Assembly: GCA_003693705.1 (NCBI GenBank) | Contig: RBZT01000757.1 | Span: 1-33,278, forward strand | Length of the DNA: 33,278 bases | Direction of reading: 5' to 3' | DNA from: Polymyxa betae A26-41 | Lineage: Eukaryota; Protista; Endomyxa: Phytomyxea | Part shown: one piece after another, positions 1 through 11,403 of the stretch | How the letters are laid out: each line of letters starts with the position of its first letter | Numbering within the stretch: position 1 is the stretch's first letter | Program-made: the position numbers and the translations under genes | Notes under the pieces: model-generated | Told to the model about the DNA's origin: nothing | Databases searched by the model: none | Seen by the model: the letters and a program-made list of their open reading frames with translations, nothing else

Positions 1-675
1 TGAAGCTGAAGCCATTCCGAAAAATGCGACATCTGTGGCGATCCCAACTGCTGAGCTATCGATATAATCTTTTCTCCAACGCGGGTTAAGTAGCTCAACC
101 GGACAAGACAGATTGTTAGTGTAACGGAATGCGCATAGAAGGGCGCTGGATGAGAACAATAGTGGCGGGCTCCAGCGCCTTGGCGACGAAGCGGTCCGCC
201 GAATCGATGCCCTGCGCCATCCTTTTCAACTCGAGTCAGAGTGGACTTACCGGTTCAACCTTCACCAAGTAAGAGCACAAACTTATGCTCTTGTACTGGA
301 TCCAGGATAGAGTTCCGAATAAGCTACCGGAAAGTAAGTGGGTCGGTGGGGGGTCTCGAACACTCGATTGCTGTAGCGCTCTACTTCCGTCTCACGAGAA
401 GGAACGCAGTACCGAGGCTCAATGTTGAGCGACACCGGAGCGACCACATAGGAAGAGACCGACTGGGAGCCGGTTCCCCTTGTCTGTACGAGACCGCGGA
501 CCTTGGAGAAGGTGACGAGGGCAGGGGTTCCTCGCTCACTCTTCACAATCTCTAGGCTGTAGCGCCAGTCCCCCATGCAGAAGCTCTGAGGGACGGAGAT
601 GGTGCGATGAGCACCCTTCTGCAGCGCAGGTAGCGATTTACAGACTTCGCCCATATTTCTTTTTTGAGATCATTA

Positions 676-818
676 GGGGTATCAAAGTTGTCTTCTCGCA
701 AAAAAATTAAAGCGCTTTAATTTTTTTAAAGCACCTGCCAAGGTGCTTTAAAAATCTGCTTTAATGGCTTGCTTTAATTGGTCGTTTAAAGCGTCGGAAT
801 GCGCAAGTTTGATACCCC
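676..818. mobile_element. Putative MITE (non-autonomous DNA transposon) with 15-bp terminal inverted repeats and internal palindromes
   Basis: GGGGTATCAAAGTTG (676-690) and CAAGTTTGATACCCC (804-818) are inverted repeats with 14/15 match. Flanks are TTA/CTA, or TA..TA if the right C run is one base longer. The interior is AT-rich and non-coding, with a perfect 28-bp palindrome (700-727) and a 14-bp-stem hairpin (723-754). Confidence 0.65.
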
Positions 819-2518
819 CTATTGAACGAGATTGAGAGATCAACGTTCAGACCGTACCACGCCGTTGCCATGATCTGTATATTACTGCTGATTTTACTGG
901 AGCTGATGGTTGGAGCGGCGTTCATACTGGGGACCGATCCGCCAGGATAACACAGCTTTCAGGAAAAAAACGATCAGAGCACAGCAGATTGCAATAATTA
1001 TATCCATTTAAGCGGCCGGCCTCAGATGGAAGCTCCGACCATCGTCCACAGGAAAGCCCACGATAATACAGGAAGAGGAAACCCCTAGCAAAAGTGGAGA
1101 TAAATAATAAAACCGATAGAAAGACTCATACCGATAAGCCAGATAAAAAATTAAGGTTCTATAAATTGCTTTAGGATTTGGTTATTCCCTAAACTGGAAT
1201 ATACCCTAAAACTAAACCCTAACACATTTAATATTAAGTCCCAAAATAGAGAGTATATTTTTTGTCCCGATTCAATCAGGAGATAATTCTTTTTGAACTT
1301 ATTGGAAGTTTCAAAGAAGGACATAGTAACATACTTGTAGAGTGAATTGTCATTCGACCACGACGGTGCCAAACGGACGTGATTGACTCTTGAGGGAAAC
1401 TGGCGGCTATCGCCTTCGTGAAGAGTGGCAACTCTCAAACTGCGGCAGCCAACAACGTATTGAACAAGAATTAAAAGCATTGTGCTTAATAAGATGACTA
1501 ATAAACCACCCCTATAGCTGCTTTACAGTTTCTGCAAATAGTGACATATCACTGGAGAATATTGCTCCTGTCACAAAAGCGAGGTAGTAATTGTTTTTTG
1601 GGGCAGGTATGATCTTTGGATTTTGATTTTGAAAATGGGATGGGAGGACTGGATGTTTACTTTTGTTTTTTTTTATGGGGGTACACGGATATCTTTTTTG
1701 GAATGGGGTATTGAAAATGAAGGAATTTAGTCGCGAAAACTATCGACACCTTCCACTACGTATTGCTATCAATTCTCCTAACCTGTTTTGCTCTAAAGGG
1801 AGTGACATCTCTACAGTAATCGCATCACAAGGCGTAACATAACTGATAACGGAATGTATATTCATCACAGATAAACTGTTCAGAGCGTAAAATGGCTTGC
1901 AAATTCGTCTGCAATTTTCAACAAAACAATTATATGAATCATCGAGTTTCTGTTAGGGTTTGGCAAGCGGGACACTTGAAAGTGTTTGTTGGCCTATCCG
2001 ATAGCTTTACAACGCCGAAGGATTCGGAACAGCAAGCGAAGCTGAAGGTAGCCGAATCACGTCAAGGCAGAGCAGAACAACGAACAAAACGATCAAATGA
2101 GAGGCCAGTCTCGGCACGGCAACGCTATTTTCGAAGGTCCCGAAGAGGCCGATTTCTACTGAGTTCATGGACCCATGTCGTAACGTAGAGCCACGCCTGG
2201 TCAAGATTTCCTGAAACGAATCAGCGGGGCCGCGCCCTGAGTCAGATTACTGTCTGGATGAGAGTCTAAGGGAGGGCGGCTGACCGACCTTCCATGTCTC
2301 TCCCGTTTAATCACCATTCTCCTTCTAGAACGATTGCGGTAGCATCTGAATCCGCCCTGCAATCTAAGAGGGCAGGCGCAGAGTTGTAAAAAGCCCGATC
2401 CTAGGCTGAGCGATCAGCAGAGTATAACGGTGATCATGGTACGATGACTCATTACTGGTATCTGATATCTTCGTAAAAGAGCTTCGTCTGCCTCTTTGTA
2501 TAATCCTGCTTGGCTATA

Positions 2519-4293
2519 ATGACGGTGTCAAATGAAAGCGAATCGCACCAGACTGTGAATCTTCAAACGGATCAGAGATCGGATGTATCTGATGGGTACA
2601 ATTTTACTGTCAATGAAGCCCTTAATCGCGCTACGTTTGGAAAATTTCAAGTGAGCTTGATCTGTATTAGCAAGTCGTATTAGCTTATTTCTGTCAGCGG
2701 CGGCTGATGTTCGTTACTGGATTATGCTCGGCCGGAGATGCGGTTGAGGCGCTGCTGCTGTCATTTCTTCTTCAGGAAATCGGCCCAGAATGGAACCTTA
2801 AGAGCAACGTTAATGGTGAGTTGCTTGCTATTGATGCTCTCTGCATAATAGCTAACTACGAGTCTGTAGGGATCATCGGTGCTATAGTGTTTCTGGGTGT
2901 CTTAATCGGGAATTTGATCTCTGGCATAATCAGTGATTATTACGGGCGCTGGTATGCCTTTGTGACCTCCGGGGCGCTACTAACGCTCTTCGGTAATTTT
3001 GCTGCAATTGTCTGAAGTATGGTTATTAACAGCTGCATTTAGGGGTATTGAGTGCCTTTGCAACGAATGTAGTATGGCTGACTATATTTCGATTCGTTGT
3101 CGGAATCGGATTAGGAGGCGGTCATACGTCTTTCACATTGTTCACAGGTTCAAGCTTTGCGGGATTTTAAAATTTAGCTGATCCTTTTTTAGAATTTCTT
3201 CCTATGAAAAATCGAGGCAAACTTCTGCTAATTAATCAGCTGTTTTGGAGGTATTTACTCTTTATCTGCATGACAAACTTTTTAATCGAAACCAAGTTGC
3301 GGTGCTGTTTTCGAAGTTCTCCTGGCATGGGCTGTTCTGCCAACATATGGATGGCGTGCCCTGCTGCTGCTGTCCACTCTCCCCATCTTATTTGCACTCA
3401 TATTTTCTTACAAATATCCCGAGTCTCCCATGTTTTTGGCCAGCTGCGGCAGAATCGACGAGGCCATGGATGTTCTCAACAAGGTGTCCGAAATCAACGG
3501 TGGCTCGTTGCATAATGATCAGTGGTGCTTGGTTCCACCATGCTCTGCTCATAAAGCATCTATCACAGACAAAGTTGCAGCGTTGGTCACCCATTTAGGG
3601 CCGACATCGAGGAGACTGTGGGTCTTGTGGTTCTGCTCAAGTTTGGTTTATTACGGAATCGTTCTCCTCTCCCCTCGATACTTCCCTAGTCAAGGTGAGT
3701 ACAAAGACATACTACTGGCAACAATATCCGAGTTTCCTGGGGTATTGATCCCGTTCTTTGGAATTGATGCATTTGGCCGCAGAAGGACTTTGACTGCTTT
3801 GTTCGTTATCGCAGCTACAGCCTGCATGGCTCTCACTGTTCAGCTCTCGGAACTAACAAGCGTTGGTCTTGTTTTCATTGCAAGAGGAACGATATCTGCA
3901 GCGTTCATTTCGCTATATGTGGTAACTGCTGAGAGTTATCCGACTTCGCTACGTAGTACCGGATTTGGAGTCGCATCCAGCATTGCACGTGTTGCTGGTA
4001 TGGTTACCAGCCTCATTTCAGAAAATAAGTCAATTTATTTTGCATTACTGTCATTTTCAATATGCAGCTACGTTGCTTCGCTGGCTTCATTCACTCTGCC
4101 CTTTGAGACTGCAAACCAGGGCCTACCTGACGACGAAATTATTCTGTCCAAAGAATCTGACAACGCTGGACTCCTCGGCAATCAATCATCGCCATCATTA
4201 TCACCTGTAGTGTTTCCGAAAACGATGCTGAAAACTGCAGAACCAGGCGTCGTACCTCCACAACAGTATTTGCACTTTAAAGAAGTTATTTAA
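2519..4293 (+). CDS. MFS transporter, SV2-related/SVOP-like (spliced, 6 exons)
   Basis: ATG 2519 gives MTVSNES...FTVNEALNRATFGKFQ, then intron 2651-2697. Four further short GT-AG introns restore MFS motifs ISDYYGRW, FRFVVGIGLGG, EFLPMKNRG, GWRALL, PESPMFL, IDAFGRR, ESYPTSLRSTGFG and LPFETAN. Stop TAA at 4291-4293. Confidence 0.9.
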
Positions 4294-4397
4294 TTTAACT
4301 AGTACGATAGTGTGATGTTTTTTTCAAAAAACATACACTTTTTGATTATACAATTGTCATAAACCCCAATCTTTAATCTTTCCAGAATTTCGATCTA

Positions 4398-5736
4398 TTA
4401 TCTGTTCTGATCGCGATAAGTAGCAGAATGTCTCCGAACATGTTCCTCGGCGTTCTGACGGCCATGGGAATGCCCGATTCGCATGTCATCAGTTCCGTGG
4501 ATCTCGCCATCGTTCTTCGCATGACGACGTCCTCTCTCATAATCACGCTCTGAGTAATTTGCCGAACGATCATTGTATCCATGTCGATCGTGATGTCTTC
4601 TCTCGGAATCATACTCTTGCCGAGGTTCCCTTCCAAAACTATCGAATTTTCCAGATTTATCATCCCTTCGATGATCACGATCGTAATGGCTTTGTGGATG
4701 AAACTCATCAGATGTACGTTGATGTTTGTGAGAGTTCTTTTCATGTTTATGTTCGTTGTCATGTTTGTGAGCGTTCTTCTCATATTGATGTTCTTTGTCG
4801 TGTTTGTGGGAGCTCCTCTCATGTTTATGTTCGTTATCATGCTTGTGAGAGCTCTTCTCATATTTATGTTCGTTTTCATGTTTGTGAGAGCTCTCACGTT
4901 TATGTTGGCTGTCGCGTTTGTGAGAGCTCCTCTCATGTTTATGTTCGTTGTCGTGTTTGTGAGAGCTCTTCTCATATTTACGCTCCTTGCCATGCTTGTG
5001 CTTCTTCTCATGCTTCTCAAGGTCATCTTTATCACGCTTGTGCTTACGACTAGGCTTTGCAGTAGATAGATCCAACTCTTCTGAAATCTGCCATAAATTT
5101 CAGCATAATCGAACACTTAAGAGCATCCTTTTACATCAGGAATCAAATCATATCGATTTCCGCTGATATCTGCATAACATTCTTTGCTCGTATGACCATG
5201 CACGCCGCATCTATCCGAAATCCATTCAGAAAAACGATCATCTTCAGGAAACTATCCAACCTGGTGCAGGTTGTATCTAATACAGCACCGAAGCTAATCG
5301 GGCCCGATTCAATCTTGGATACTTTCTGACATGAGTTGGTCAAAGAGCCCTCTCACTAATACAACCCTCAAACCTGGCCGCTGCGAGCCATCGTCAGCTT
5401 GACCTCATTAACGTCGAGATCGCGACCCGAGCCTTGATCACAATACTTCATCGAGAACGAGAGCCGACGATCATCTTTGATATCGATGAGCTTGACCCAG
5501 ACCATCTCGCCGACATCCACGATGTCGCTGACTTTATCGACACGGGCGCTCGACAGCTCCGAGATATGGACCAGGCCCTTGACCCGGCTCGATTCCAGGT
5601 CGACGAACGCACCGAATTCGCGAATCGATGACACCCGTGCCCGATGGATCGAGCCGATCTTGGGCGGCGGCACGGCATCGTCATGGCGCTGGCGGCGCCG
5701 AGCCTCCTCAATGTTCCTGGCCCGATCAGGATGCAT
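4398..5736 (-). CDS. ZCCHC17: ZCCHC17/pNO40-like nucleolar protein: S1 RNA-binding domain, CCHC zinc knuckle and Lys/His-rich tail (4 exons)
   Basis: S1 domain (IREFGAFVDL..KGLVHISELS..VGEMVWVK..LSFSMKYCDQGSGRDLD). After splicing three ~50-nt introns the frame reads ISFGAVLDTTCTR|CGVHGHTSKECY..RYDLIPD, matching the pNO40 knuckle context from recall. The last exon is ORF 4398..5075. Confidence 0.85.
4722..4985 (-). repeat. Coding tandem repeat, ~39-bp unit, ~7 copies (HK[H/Y]E[R/K]SSHKHD[N/K]E)
   Basis: Recurring unit ctctcatgtttatgttcgttgtcgtgtttgtgagagct on the + strand, giving 13-aa periodicity in the ZCCHC17 last exon. Confidence 0.9.
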
Positions 5737-6131
5737 CTCTGAAAACGCAACAAGATTCTGCGAGGCAGAAACCCAGGAAAAAATGCAGCAAAACTGTTGT
5801 GGAAATCCTTCTGTTAATGCAACCTGGTAAGTTCAGGTCAATCTTGTTGATTTAGGTCTTTATGCATTTTTGCAAGGCTTAGCAATCTGCAATCAAATTC
5901 AGTAAGTTCCAGCCATAGTCTCATTAAAATGCGCAACTGCGCAGTTTCGTTTGTTGCCAAAAAAAATTTTGCAAAAAAAAGAGGACTTTTTCACAAGTTT
6001 TAATTTCTTTAAGGTTACAAAGACACGCTTACATGCGGGCCTGAGTATTCTGCATAGGATGATATTCCATAATCAAGGTAAGCTGAAGTTGAGGTTAGTT
6101 TTCAGGTGACAATGGATTATATTAAGAGTAT

Positions 6132-6765
6132 TTATGTGAAGATGGAGACGGCCAGGAAATCGCCGGTCTCAAACCGAAGCCCAGACAGGGTCAGGTTGTC
6201 GTCCGAGCCAGCACGACCCGCGTGCAACGACCCGACTCTTCGTACCTCCATGCCGTTAGGGACAGGATATGCGAACGACACCTCGAACTTCGAGGATTTT
6301 CTACGCGCCGACGGTTTCGCGCTGCGAATGGCCTCAATCAGCTCGCGAAGCGTGGCGTCCTTCCACGTGTAAACCTGCATCTCGTTCGGCGTCAATTGCG
6401 AGATATCGAAATCAAAATCCTCCGAACTAAACGCGCCGTTTTCCTTGATGAAAACTCTTAACAGCAGAGGACAGATCTAACCATTATCACGAAACAATCA
6501 GATCATCTCAAGATCATACCTTCTCTCTGTCGATTGGAGCAGGAGGAGCGGCGTTCTCTTTCTTCGGTGTGAACCGAGGTGGACCTGAACGTCGTCGTCC
6601 GGCGGCGCCTGGTGACGAATTGCGACGATGAGTGTTAGGCGGACGGCGGGGTGGCGACCGGGCCCCAGGGCGATTGGACTTGGACGAGTGTTCGGGTTGC
6701 TGTTCGCGGCGCGTCTCGTGCCGGGCCAGCCGGTCGGGATGGATCTCGGGCGCAGCAGCCGACAT
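6132..6765 (-). CDS. SAP18: Sin3-associated polypeptide 18 (ASAP/PSAP complex subunit) with Arg/Pro/Ser-rich N-terminal extension (2 exons)
   Basis: ATG 6765 (MSAAAPEIHPDRLAR). Intron 6477-6519 joins IDREK|ICPLLLRVF. Downstream QVYTWKDATLREL, FAYP and TLSGLRFETGDFLAVSI are SAP18 signature segments. Confidence 0.92.
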
Positions 6766-7323
6766 TCCGGGAGCAGATCCAATCAGACGATATCGCAATT
6801 GGGAGCAATTAGCCGATTACGCACCACCAGCTGCGCTCCGCCGCAGAACCGTAGACCTTAGTCATGGAGAATCACAGCTGCCAATGCTAATTGCTTGCAT
6901 GCGATTCGAGACGACTTCGTCTGGAAAGAGGAAACCTTTTCATTATAGTTTTTTATTCGGAGGATATTGACTGGTAAAAAAAGGAACAATTTAGATTTGA
7001 AAACCCCCAATTTGTGAAGGCGATTGGCTGCAAACAATAGTAGAACAAGAATATCGAAATCTTGCGATAGAATAGCATCATGAGCAATGCTTGCGAAAAT
7101 CATCTGATGAGGCGATCGCTATTTATCCAGAATCTAAATATTACAAATATTGTTGATTCACATGCCGTAATATCAATGTCGTGATTTCAACTACTGTTTT
7201 TGTTCTGATAGTGCTGGCTTCGGCGGCAGCTGCCTTGAGTGGTTCTGGAGTTGAAAAATGGTCGAAGTACCGCGATGTTGTACGATACAGAGACGATCAA
7301 CAATCTGCAGCATGCAGTGCCGA

Positions 7324-10300
7324 TCATTTGCGACTATATCTTGATCTAGACGAAGGCTCTTCAGCGCCCTTATTGAAGATGGTACGAGGCATGCCATCCG
7401 CGGGGTTCGAATGGGTCCGGAATCGTTCGACCCGATGCGGCGCGCGAAACGAGTCGGCCGCGGTCGCTTCGGCCAACGTATCCGTCACCATCGACATCTT
7501 CTTTTTCCATTCGAAGGCGTCCACAGCCAGCTTCAGCTGAATCGAATCGCGCAGATTGGTCCTCGCCTTGTATTCCATCACATCTCTCTGTCCACTATGC
7601 CGGTATTTATCGCGGATGGCGTTGGCAGCGTTCTCCTGCGGTAAAGGATTAGGAAGGGGTTCGGGTTTTGAGCATTTCAAACCTTATCTTTCTGGATTTC
7701 TAACTCGGTCTGTTCCTTCGGAACCGCATTGATATGGTCGCGCCTGGCAGAGGCGCTCGTGTCGGCGCCTTGTTCTCGGCTTCGACTGGGGACGCGAGAC
7801 AGGCCTGGGCTCAACGGGCGGCTTGGATCCTGAGACAGGATCAAGGGGCTTGGCTCTCGGGATAACGTCACGCTTCTCACGCCTGACACAATTCCGGAAT
7901 CGTTCTGGTAAACATCTCTAATTCAGTTTTAAACGCGAAAAGCAAATACAAAAACAATCCATCAAAGTTGAAAACGTAATTGTGAAACCCGAAAAACGAA
8001 CCGATTTATCAGAGGAATCCGAATCGGTAACTGCCTGCTCATCGTATGTCTTTTTTAGGCTGAACGACGGTTTCTGTGAGAGCGCTCGCAATGCGGTATG
8101 AATGCCAGCGACAGCTGGGACGAATTCCGATAGCTGTCGACTTGGTGGCTGGCGGGCTGGCTCCGGCCCCAAGACGACTGGCGGCGGCGCCAGCGGCTTC
8201 ACAACCGTCGGCTGAGTGCGATGCTCTTTCATATAGCTGGATGGAAAGTCAGCCGACGACGATCAGTATGCGATGAGCTGCCTACGCCAACGTCTGCCCT
8301 TCAAGCTCGCTCATGATCGACTGGACTTGTAAGGACAGCTGCTCTTCATTGCAACCGGCGGTCGACACGACCTGGACGTTGCAGCGCTCCGAGGACTGTC
8401 CGGCAACGAAGCGCGCCGGCGGCTCTCGCAGACGCTCGAGCGTCTTCTGCAGACGCGACGATGAGCGTCCTGGTTCGACGCCGACGAAAACGAACGAGAT
8501 CGGGATGTGAACGGCGTCATGGACCCTAAGATGGCTCAGTACGGCCCCGAAGGCGCGGGGCGGTATGTCTGACGTTTTTAAGACTTGGGAGAAATCATCT
8601 GGAGCGCCATTGGTGAAGACGACGACGACGGAATAGGATTGGGCGCCGTTCTGACTCGTGGCCTGGCTGGCGTCGTCGACAGCCCGCGATAGGACCGGGG
8701 CCAGATTCCGCTTCTTGCCCATCTGTAGCGCCGGTAGGGCGTCTCGATAGGCGGCCGTAAACTCGTCGATGGTATCGACAAGACCGGTGGGCCTTGCTCG
8801 GCAGACGTGAAAGAACCCCATTTCGTTCGCGTTTGTCTGGTTTGCTATGCGCCCAGCCTGCGTTTTTTATAAGCGAATGGCGCCTAAGCGTGAAGAGAAC
8901 GAAACACTATGACAGCAAATCCAAAGCGGTAAAAATGGCTCTTTTGCAAGTATAACAGCTAAAACTTGGAGAAGCGAATCTATGAAAGCACTGAACAACA
9001 GACTCTGAACAATCAGTTTGAATTGCGTAGAATAGAAGTTGAATGATTGAATATAATCAAATCTGAAGCTGGGCTTACAAATCCGATTGGGTAGATTTTG
9101 TTAGAGAACGGAATGAGGAACTGGAGGATGGGGTTCATACAACGTAGGTAGGGCGATGTCTCGATCTTGCGAGGGTCGTCATAATGAAGACTCTTCGCCT
9201 GCGATAACACATTAGTGAAATGAAAGACACGACGATGCGATTGGCAGACCTCGGTTGGTTCGCAGTTCGACGAATGGACGTCAATGGCGATAGTGAGGCT
9301 AAATCGCATTCCGCCTCCAAGATATTCAAATAGGGAGAAGATTCGTGTGATCTTGGCCGCCTCTAGCGACAGCCGCGCCGTCACGATTGACTCGTCCTCG
9401 AGAGCTCGCATCGGCGCCTCCAACAGCTTCGGCGCCGTTCCGATAATCGACAAGCGATCTGTACTCTGATGGCCGTTCTCTTGCTAAGCGCTTCGTCAGC
9501 CGATGATCTACGCCATTAGAGCAACAGACCCTTTTTCGAGCTTCAGCTTTATCTTCCTGCTCGATAAGATCAATCCATTTCAGCACGGCCTGACGCTTAA
9601 TGAACGCTTCGCCGAACAGGCGCTGGTCGCGTAAAGGGTCGGTGCGCCACAGCTTGATGCGAAGCGGCTCGCCCTCTTCGGGCATCAAAGCATCGACCGA
9701 GACCATGTCGAGGAACCAGGACGGATCCGAGGCTGTCGCCATCGTCCCGCTGGAGATGACCTGACTCCACGACTTCACGTCCGGCGTTCGATTATCGACG
9801 ATGCATTCGCGTCTCGCTTCTAACCACCAGGTCGGCTTCGATGCGATTCTGAAAACCCAGTTTCAGTATAGCTTAGAAAGGCTTTCGATTGGCTTTCAAA
9901 AAGGTGCAATTTCAGCAACAAATCCAGAAACGAGCAAACTCAGAGACCGATCAAATCCAGATGGTTTGAAGGACGGTCCGATAATACACGTAGCAAGAAC
10001 TTTGGAGCTGCGATTGTTGTAATGGCGCTCTCGCCAATGCAGCGACACCTGCATAGGACACGAGTTGTAGACGAGCCCAGAGCCCGAGCTCGTTTTCAAC
10101 GATCGCACAAATCCCATCGTATCGGCGCCGGCCTGCTGAAGCCCACTGGCGTTAAACAGATCGCTCACCATGAAGACGACTTCGCCAATCATATTCGATG
10201 ATAAGCTTTGCAGCTGCAAACAATCAAACGCCTGATCTGGGTGAACGACGAATTCCAACCTTATCTTGAACGCTTGTAGAATTGCTGGCGAAATGTTCCC

Positions 10301-10682
10301 TGGCATTCGAATAGATACGAATAGTGAGGTGCTGTCTTTGATCGAATCGTAATGGTAATAAGATCGATGGCTGGGTGAGAGTATCTTCTGGAAATTTATT
10401 TTCGACAATCTAACATTATTCAATGAGCGATGCTATGAAGCAGCATTGTTAGCCTACCGAAGTGATACCAATCGTTTCTGACTTTTCTGTGTTTAAATCC
10501 TGAGCGAATAATGCAGCAGCGAGATAATCGCGGGGCTGACGACAAGCCTCAATTTGCTTTGGGACATTGCTGGCTGCAAATTAGAAGGTTCAAAAAGCAG
10601 GTTTGTTTGATTACACAGCGGTGATGAAGAGCTCGATTGAGGTTCGAACCCGCCAATTTATAGGGCCTACATTGGTCGACAT
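7324..10682 (-). CDS. Divergent copine-like protein (C2A-C2B-vWA) with long low-complexity C-terminal extension; multi-exon, start position tentative
   Basis: Exon pieces read IELFITA and LPLRFDQRQHL (C2A), DPSWFL..PLRIKLWRTD..RLFGEAF (C2B), and FSLFEYLGGGMRFSLTIAIDVHSSN..SLHY..PY, YSVVVVFTNG, PISFVFVGV, RCNVQVV, LA|YMKEH (copine vWA order). Splicing continues through ORFs 7918, 7677 and 7324. The 5' exons depend on weaker donor sites. Confidence 0.75.
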
Positions 10683-11403
10683 TCAACATGCAGATGGCGG
10701 TCTGGTGCCATACGCCAGTAAGATATTTTAATGTCGAATTAGCCCGGTGACAGACAATAATGATGCAAGCTGCCGTGATGAAATATTGCTGCTGTCAACA
10801 TATCTGCAAATAGAAACGAGTTTAGGAAACTACTGTAGTCAAAGCGTATACGATTTACTCGCTTTTGTGAAGAATGTGAAGCCTAGCTCCCGGTATTCTG
10901 TGAAAAGAATAATTTTGAAGACGATTTTGTTTAAGGCAAGATTGTTGACGAAATATTTTCGGATACATTAATAGAGAGGTGAATAGATGTGCATGCACTT
11001 TGTTGTGAAGGCAATGGGAAAGGGATCTGGGTGAGAGAGACTGAAAGAGAGAATCGCTTTCATTGATACACAAAACAAAGAAGTAAACCAGGTATAAAGG
11101 CCATAGCATCCTATTGAAAATTGCCTTCCGGGACTGAAGTCTCAAAGTACACGAATGGCAGCTGGTTTATACATTACGCGCGCTGCTAATAAATGATTGC
11201 ATTAAAACCAATAGCCCCATCCCATCATGAATGACAGATCATCCTTCACAAAACAGAACCGAAGACAGAATTCTGTGGCCGCGCCAAATGGTTTGAAAAT
11301 ATTTTCAAAAACCTTTCACGACTTTTTTGTCGCCTGAAGGGCTGCGTCCAAGTTCGCATCTGTCAGGTTGCTTCAGTATCTATCGCCAATTTGCTTCTTA
11401 ACG

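Noticed and set aside
1187-1222. CCCTAA(A) words as an interstitial telomere
   Set aside because: Only three non-tandem words, too few to call.
4722-4985. Regular repeats considered as a CRISPR array
   Set aside because: There are no unique spacers, the repeat is in-frame coding, the context is eukaryotic, and no cas genes are present.
4373-5116. Long alternative-frame and antisense ORFs (4373..5116 -, 4559..5053 +, 4581..5069 +), one resembling a multipass membrane protein
   Set aside because: They are by-products of the stop-free 39-bp repeat; splicing from the zinc-knuckle exon selects the His/Lys frame.
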